In this document: positions 59,652 to 64,000 of the stretch, piece after piece
Layout: each line of letters opens with the position of its first letter
Position numbering within the stretch: the first letter of the stretch is position 1
Source of the DNA: Thermodesulfobacteriota bacterium
Lineage (GTDB): Bacteria > Desulfobacterota > Desulfobacteria > Desulfobacterales > C00003060
Length of the DNA stretch: 64,000 nucleotides
Reading direction: 5' to 3'
Assembly: GCA_034189385.1 (NCBI GenBank)
Contig: JAXHVD010000012.1
Span: 1 to 64,000, forward strand
Notes under the pieces: generated by a model
What the model was told of the DNA's origin: nothing
Database searches by the model: none
The model's input: the letters and a program-made list of their open reading frames with translations, nothing else
Made by a program: the position numbers and the translations under genes

Positions 59652-62294
59652 TTAAGAACTACTCGATATCCCAAAGCCCTGTGGCGCCGAAGGTGGCACA
59701 GTGTCAGGCGACACCGTGATGGTCACGTCTTCAGAGTCACTCTGCACGGGCGTGCCATCGTCTGTCACCGTAAAGGTCACTACAAAGTCGCCTGCAACGC
59801 CATATTCCGGCGTCCAGGTAAAGGTCTGCGTGGCCTCGTCAAAGCTGGCCCCTGTGGGAACATTGTCCGCAGAATAGGTCAGACCATCGTTATCAGGATC
59901 GCTTCCTGTCACCGTGAAGGTCAGCGCCTGGCCTTCGTCTATGCTCCTTGCGCCTATGGTGGTGAGCACAGGAGGACGGTTCACGTTGCCTACCGTGATC
60001 GTCACATCTTCAGAATCACTCTGAATGGGCGTGCCACTATCGGTGACCGTAAAGGTTACAATGTAATTGCCCCCATCTCCGTAATCAGGCGTCCACGTAA
60101 AGGTCTGCGTCATCTCGTCAAAGCTCGCACCCGTGGGCACATTACCCGCACTGTAGGTCAGAGCGTCATTGTCTGGATCGCTTCCTGTCACCGTAAACGT
60201 AAGCTCCTGGCCCTCGTCTACGCTCTTAGCTCCTATAGCATTTAGCACAGGAGGACGATTCACGTCACCCACTGTGATCGTCACATCTTCAGAATCGCTC
60301 TGAATGGGCGTGCCACTATCGGTTACCGTAAAGGTTACAATGTAATTGCCCCCATCTCCGTAATCAGGCGTCCACGTAAAGGTCTGCGTCATCTCGTCAA
60401 AGCTCGCACCCGTGGGCACATTACCCGCACTGTAGGTCAGAGCGTCATTGTCTGGATCGCTTCCTGTCACCGTAAACGTAAGCTCCTGGCCCTCGTCTAC
60501 GCTCTTAGCTCCTATAGCATTTAGCACAGGAGGACGGTTCACGTCACCCACTGTGATCGTCACATCTTCAGAATCGCTCTGAACGGGCGTGCCGCTATCG
60601 GTTACCGTAAAGGTTACAATGTAATTGCCCGCATCTCCGTAATCAGGCGTCCACGTAAAGGTCTGCGTCACCTCGTCAAAGCTCGCACCTGTGGGCACAT
60701 TACCCGCACTGTAGGCCAGAGCGTCATTGTCTGGATCGCTTCCTGTCACCGTAAACGTAAGCTCCTGGCCCTCGTCTACGCTCTTAGCTCCTATAGCATT
60801 TAGCACAGGAGGACGGTTCACGTCACCCACTGTGATCGTCACATCTTCAGAATCGCTCTGAACGGGCGTGCCGCTATCGGTTACCGTAAAGGTTACAATG
60901 TAATTGCCCGCATCTCCGTAATCAGGCGTCCATGTAAAGGTCTGCGTCATCTCGTCAAAGCTCGCACCTGTGGGCACATTACCCGCACTGTAGGCCAGAG
61001 CGTCATTGTCTGGATCGCTTCCTGTCACCGTGAATGTCAGCGCCTGGCCCTCGTCTACGCTCTTAGCTCCTATAGCATTTAGCACAGGAGGACGATTCAC
61101 GTTGCCTACCGTGATCGTCACATCTTCAGAATCACTCTGAATCGGCGTGCCACTATCGGTTACCGTAAAGGTTACAATGTAATTGCCCGCATCTCCGTAA
61201 TCAGGCGTCCACGTAAAGGTCTGCGTAGTCTCGTTAAAGCTGGAACCTGTGGGCACATTACCCGCACTGTAGGCCAGAGCGTCATTGTCTGGATCGCTCG
61301 CTGTCACCGCGAATGTCAGCTCTTGGCCCTCGTCTACGCTTTTTGCGCCAATAGTGACTAGTACGGGCGGCCGATTTACATTACTTACGGTGATGGTCAC
61401 CTCTTCAGAATCAGTCTTCACTGGCGACCCGTCGTCCGTCACTGTAAAGGTCACCGTGTGATCTCCTGAGGCATTATAATCGGGCGTCCATGTAAACGTC
61501 CGCGTGGCTCCATCAAAGCTCCCACCGGAAGGAACATTCTCCGCAGCATAGGTCAGAGCGTCATTGTCTGGATCGCTTCCCGCGATAGTGAACTGAAGCA
61601 GCTGGCCTTCATCGACGCCCTTGGCGCCAATCGCGTCGAGCACGGGCGACCGGTTTACATTACTTATGGTAATCAATACATCTTCTGAGTCGTTCTTGAC
61701 AGGGGTGCCGTTGTCAGTGACCGTAAAGGTAACCGTGTAATTACCCGAAGCGGCATAGTCAGGCGTCCACGTGAAGGTCTGGGTGACCCCATCAAAGCTG
61801 GCCCCTGTGGGCACGTTGCCTGCGGTGTAGGTCAGATCATCATTATCAGGATCACTTGCCGATATAGTAAACTGAAGGGTCTGGCCTTCCTGCCCGCTTT
61901 TTGAACCTATGGTGTCAAGGACCGGCGGACGGTTAGGTATGAACATTTCTTCTACTGAATCGTCACTTTCGTTTCCTGCCAGATCAAAGGCCTTGGCCAC
62001 AAAGTAGTGCGTGACCGTGTCATCCAGATCTTCTATGGTGCAAGTCGTCTCAGTCCCTTCCCAGGCAGGGGTGCTGTAATTGAAGCTTTGCCCTTCTTCT
62101 CGATGATAGACCCTGTAACCTGCAAGATCCTCTTCGCCATTAGGATTCCAGGCAAGCGTCACGTTAACGACGGCATGGGCAGTCTGGGGAAAAAGAAAGA
62201 CCAATAAGGCCAACATCACTACGGCTGGGGACCTGAAAAAGGACCGACGACAAGTAAAGATTTCAGACAGATGTGACATGGTGGGTCGAACCAT
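59652..62294 (-). CDS. Secreted protein: signal peptide, FN3-like domain, 8 tandem 93-aa Ig/cadherin-like repeats
   Basis: AHA signal cleavage site, VTLAWNPN...LAGYRVY...AFDLAGNES, then repeats NRPPVL...SDPDND.L.Y...FTWTPDY...VTD. Confidence 0.9.
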   Translation of the reverse strand: MVRPTMSHLSEIFTCRRSFFRSPAVVMLALLVFLFPQTAHAVVNVTLAWNPNGEEDLAGYRVYHREEGQSFNYSTPAWEGTETTCTIEDLDDTVTHYFVAKAFDLAGNESDDSVEEMFIPNRPPVLDTIGSKSGQEGQTLQFTISASDPDNDDLTYTAGNVPTGASFDGVTQTFTWTPDYAASGNYTVTFTVTDNGTPVKNDSEDVLITISNVNRSPVLDAIGAKGVDEGQLLQFTIAGSDPDNDALTYAAENVPSGGSFDGATRTFTWTPDYNASGDHTVTFTVTDDGSPVKTDSEEVTITVSNVNRPPVLVTIGAKSVDEGQELTFAVTASDPDNDALAYSAGNVPTGSSFNETTQTFTWTPDYGDAGNYIVTFTVTDSGTPIQSDSEDVTITVGNVNRPPVLNAIGAKSVDEGQALTFTVTGSDPDNDALAYSAGNVPTGASFDEMTQTFTWTPDYGDAGNYIVTFTVTDSGTPVQSDSEDVTITVGDVNRPPVLNAIGAKSVDEGQELTFTVTGSDPDNDALAYSAGNVPTGASFDEVTQTFTWTPDYGDAGNYIVTFTVTDSGTPVQSDSEDVTITVGDVNRPPVLNAIGAKSVDEGQELTFTVTGSDPDNDALTYSAGNVPTGASFDEMTQTFTWTPDYGDGGNYIVTFTVTDSGTPIQSDSEDVTITVGDVNRPPVLNAIGAKSVDEGQELTFTVTGSDPDNDALTYSAGNVPTGASFDEMTQTFTWTPDYGDGGNYIVTFTVTDSGTPIQSDSEDVTITVGNVNRPPVLTTIGARSIDEGQALTFTVTGSDPDNDGLTYSADNVPTGASFDEATQTFTWTPEYGVAGDFVVTFTVTDDGTPVQSDSEDVTITVSPDTVPPSAPQGFGISSSS
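59712..61935 (-). repeat. 279-bp tandem repeat x8 inside the CDS
   Basis: AGCACAGGAGGACG recurs at 59965, 60244, 60523, 60802 and 61081 (period 279). Confidence 0.92.
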
Positions 62295-62364
62295 TGCTGC
62301 ACCCCCTGCTTTTCTTCAACCACCCAAAGTTGGTCTCCCGGAGGCGCCGCATGAGCCCAGAAGA

Positions 62365-62440
62365 TCCCCGGCCCGTCCATACCTCTACACAGAGGTGCCG
62401 GGTGTTGGCTCCGCCCCCTTCGACGTGAAGGTTTTATCCC
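62365..62440 (-). ncRNA. Possible degenerate GEMM-I (c-di-GMP/cGAMP) riboswitch-like leader
   Basis: ATAAAA-CCTTC(ACGTC)GAAGG-GGGCGGAGCC...ACCTCT(GTGT)AGAGGT...GCCGGG in the 5' UTR; lacks a canonical GNRA loop. Confidence 0.35.
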
Positions 62441-62502
62441 AGTTCGAAGCAAATATGATTTTACTAGTTTTACAAAAAAGCAAGCAGCCAATTTGACCGG
62501 CA

Positions 62503-62518
62503 AGCAAAATTTGCGCCA
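62503..62518 (-). promoter_or_regulatory. Sigma54 (-24/-12) promoter of the Ig-repeat gene
   Basis: TGGCGC-AAATT-TTGCT matches TGGCAC-N5-TTGCW. Confidence 0.75.
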
Positions 62519-62904
62519 AGCGAGGAGTAAATAGAGGAAGGTTTTAGCAATCTAATGGCAGCAAGATAAGTGTGTTATAGCCCCAAAAAGATTCCTCGGC
62601 ACTGTACCGTTTCACAGCAGAATGGAGATTTGATTGGAAACCACGACTGTCAAAAGGGGGTTTGACGTTACAAAACTGTAATTACCGTTTCAGTAATCCA
62701 GAAAAGCCGTACACAGGTGAATTCATCGTGTGTCGAGCCCGAACTCGAAAAAGCAATCCGTCTCCGATTTCCGAAGGCTTTTGTATCTTGCCATCTTGAA
62801 ATCCCTCCCGTCCTTGATTAACACGAGTATGGCTAACACGAGCTAAAAAAATCAGTGAAGCATTTTTCTGGTAACATAGGGCGCTGTTACATTGCCCTGT
62901 AAGC

Positions 62905-62920
62905 TGGCAAGAATTTTGCA
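62905..62920 (+). promoter_or_regulatory. Sigma54 (-24/-12) promoter facing the PilZ gene
   Basis: TGGCAA-GAATT-TTGCA. Confidence 0.65.
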
Positions 62921-63122
62921 GAACCCATCCTCACTTGGTTCGGCGAGCCTTTTGGCCCGTCTTCCGCGTTGTTTGCCGAATCGTGCGATACGTAGTGCCT
63001 CTGTTCGAGCCGTCCTGCGCGATCTTGCGCTGATCCTCGCCCCGAAGCAGCTTCAAGCACTACGCTTTGCCTACTGCTGTGAGCTCCTCACAGCAGCCGG
63101 ATGGACACCTCAGGAACCTCAC

Positions 63123-63200
63123 AACGAAGCTCCCCGCGGAAAGTCGCGGGGTACCTGACAAAGACATTTGAATTTCAACGCAGCAAGCTGGCGGGTATTA
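63123..63200. repeat. REP-like palindromic element
   Basis: CCCCGCG-GAAAGT-CGCGGGG hairpin followed by related AACGCAGCAAGCTGGCGGGTATT. Confidence 0.4.
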
Positions 63201-63288
63201 GGTCCTAAGACAAAATGAGAGCTCGAAGGCCTTATGCGAAGGTTTCCGGTCATCATGATTAACACGATTTGTAACAGGGTTTTATGCC

Positions 63289-63774
63289 ATGACAAATTCC
63301 GTCCGTCTATGCACCGAAGCATCTTGTGTCAGGGTCCGCCTAAAAGAGCTCGTCGCGGGCATTTCCCTCATCATTGACAAAGCGTCTGAAGACGAGCACC
63401 GAAAGCTGTTGGGCTTTCTGCAAAGGCCCGGCCTTGTGAGCATGCTGGAAGCTTGGCAAAAAAGGGAACGAAGAAAAGCATCTAGAAAACCCTGCTCTGA
63501 CGCCATAACCTGCACCGCAAAGGACGGCGCATTCAAGGGCTTTATCAAAAACATAAGCAACGGCGGTGTCTTTATTGAAACGCCCAGAACCTTCTCTATT
63601 GGTCAGCAGCTTTCGCTAATCTTCTCCCCTACCAGCCAGAAAGGTTCTTCATCCGTCGATCAGGAGGGACCGATCAAGATTACCGGGAAAATTCTCTGGC
63701 GCGTCCCAAGAGGAATCGGCGTAAGATTTGAGACTGCAAGCGACGACTTAGAAGAAATACTGAGATCCCTGTAG
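63289..63774 (+). CDS. PilZ domain protein
   Basis: RRKASR and NISNGGVF motifs, GKILW...GIGVRF. Confidence 0.88.
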   Translation: MTNSVRLCTEASCVRVRLKELVAGISLIIDKASEDEHRKLLGFLQRPGLVSMLEAWQKRERRKASRKPCSDAITCTAKDGAFKGFIKNISNGGVFIETPRTFSIGQQLSLIFSPTSQKGSSSVDQEGPIKITGKILWRVPRGIGVRFETASDDLEEILRSL

Positions 63775-64000
63775 TCTGGTCTACAAGGATTATGGAACCG
63801 GATCAATTGAGGGGAGTCGCTACATTGCAGCCATTACGTTTCAGGGAACCAAGACAATCATATCAGTAGGACTTAACTTATGAGGGGCAGTCACTGTGGG
63901 GCGTCCCTGCCCAGGGGATAGCTCATGAGGTGACTATTCCAGTGTCAGGTCTTCCTCTGTTAAGTCTATCGTTTTCCCTTGCGCATGACGATCATGGCTG

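Noticed and set aside
59712..61935. CRISPR array
   Set aside because: The repeats are 279-bp in-frame coding units with no unique spacers, and there are no cas genes in the window.

Overview
Bacterial chromosomal window that looks like Desulfobacterota (deltaproteobacteria); this is inferred from gene content such as HdrA-MvhD, many PilZ paralogs and sigma54 promoters. The left end is an integration hotspot: a 3' half of tRNA-Arg(UCG) flanked by arm-like direct repeats and a decayed tyrosine-integrase C-terminus. Directly after it are a double-glycine-leader peptide with a Trp/Gly-rich, charge-free core and a convergent AsnB-type amidotransferase, which together are my best candidate for an undescribed RiPP-like system. 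Next come a c-di-GMP-flavoured block (PilZ x3, TPR, DRR-repeat membrane protein) and a 2-oxoacid:ferredoxin oxidoreductase operon ending in a selenocysteine-containing HdrA-MvhD fusion (in-frame TGA plus SECIS hairpin). The middle holds rsmA, panC-panD-metK-ahcY, an archaeal-looking ppsA + UPF0146 pair flanked by two DUF299 regulators and divergent from ppdK, housekeeping genes and a MesB-like methionine synthase. The right part has a Gld-like ABC + MoxR/Bat operon whose junctions carry short-unit inverted-repeat cassettes and a MITE, a sigma54-driven secreted protein with 8 tandem Ig-like repeats and an apparently split FN3 domain, and a fourth PilZ gene. All calls come from reading motifs by eye; no searches were run.
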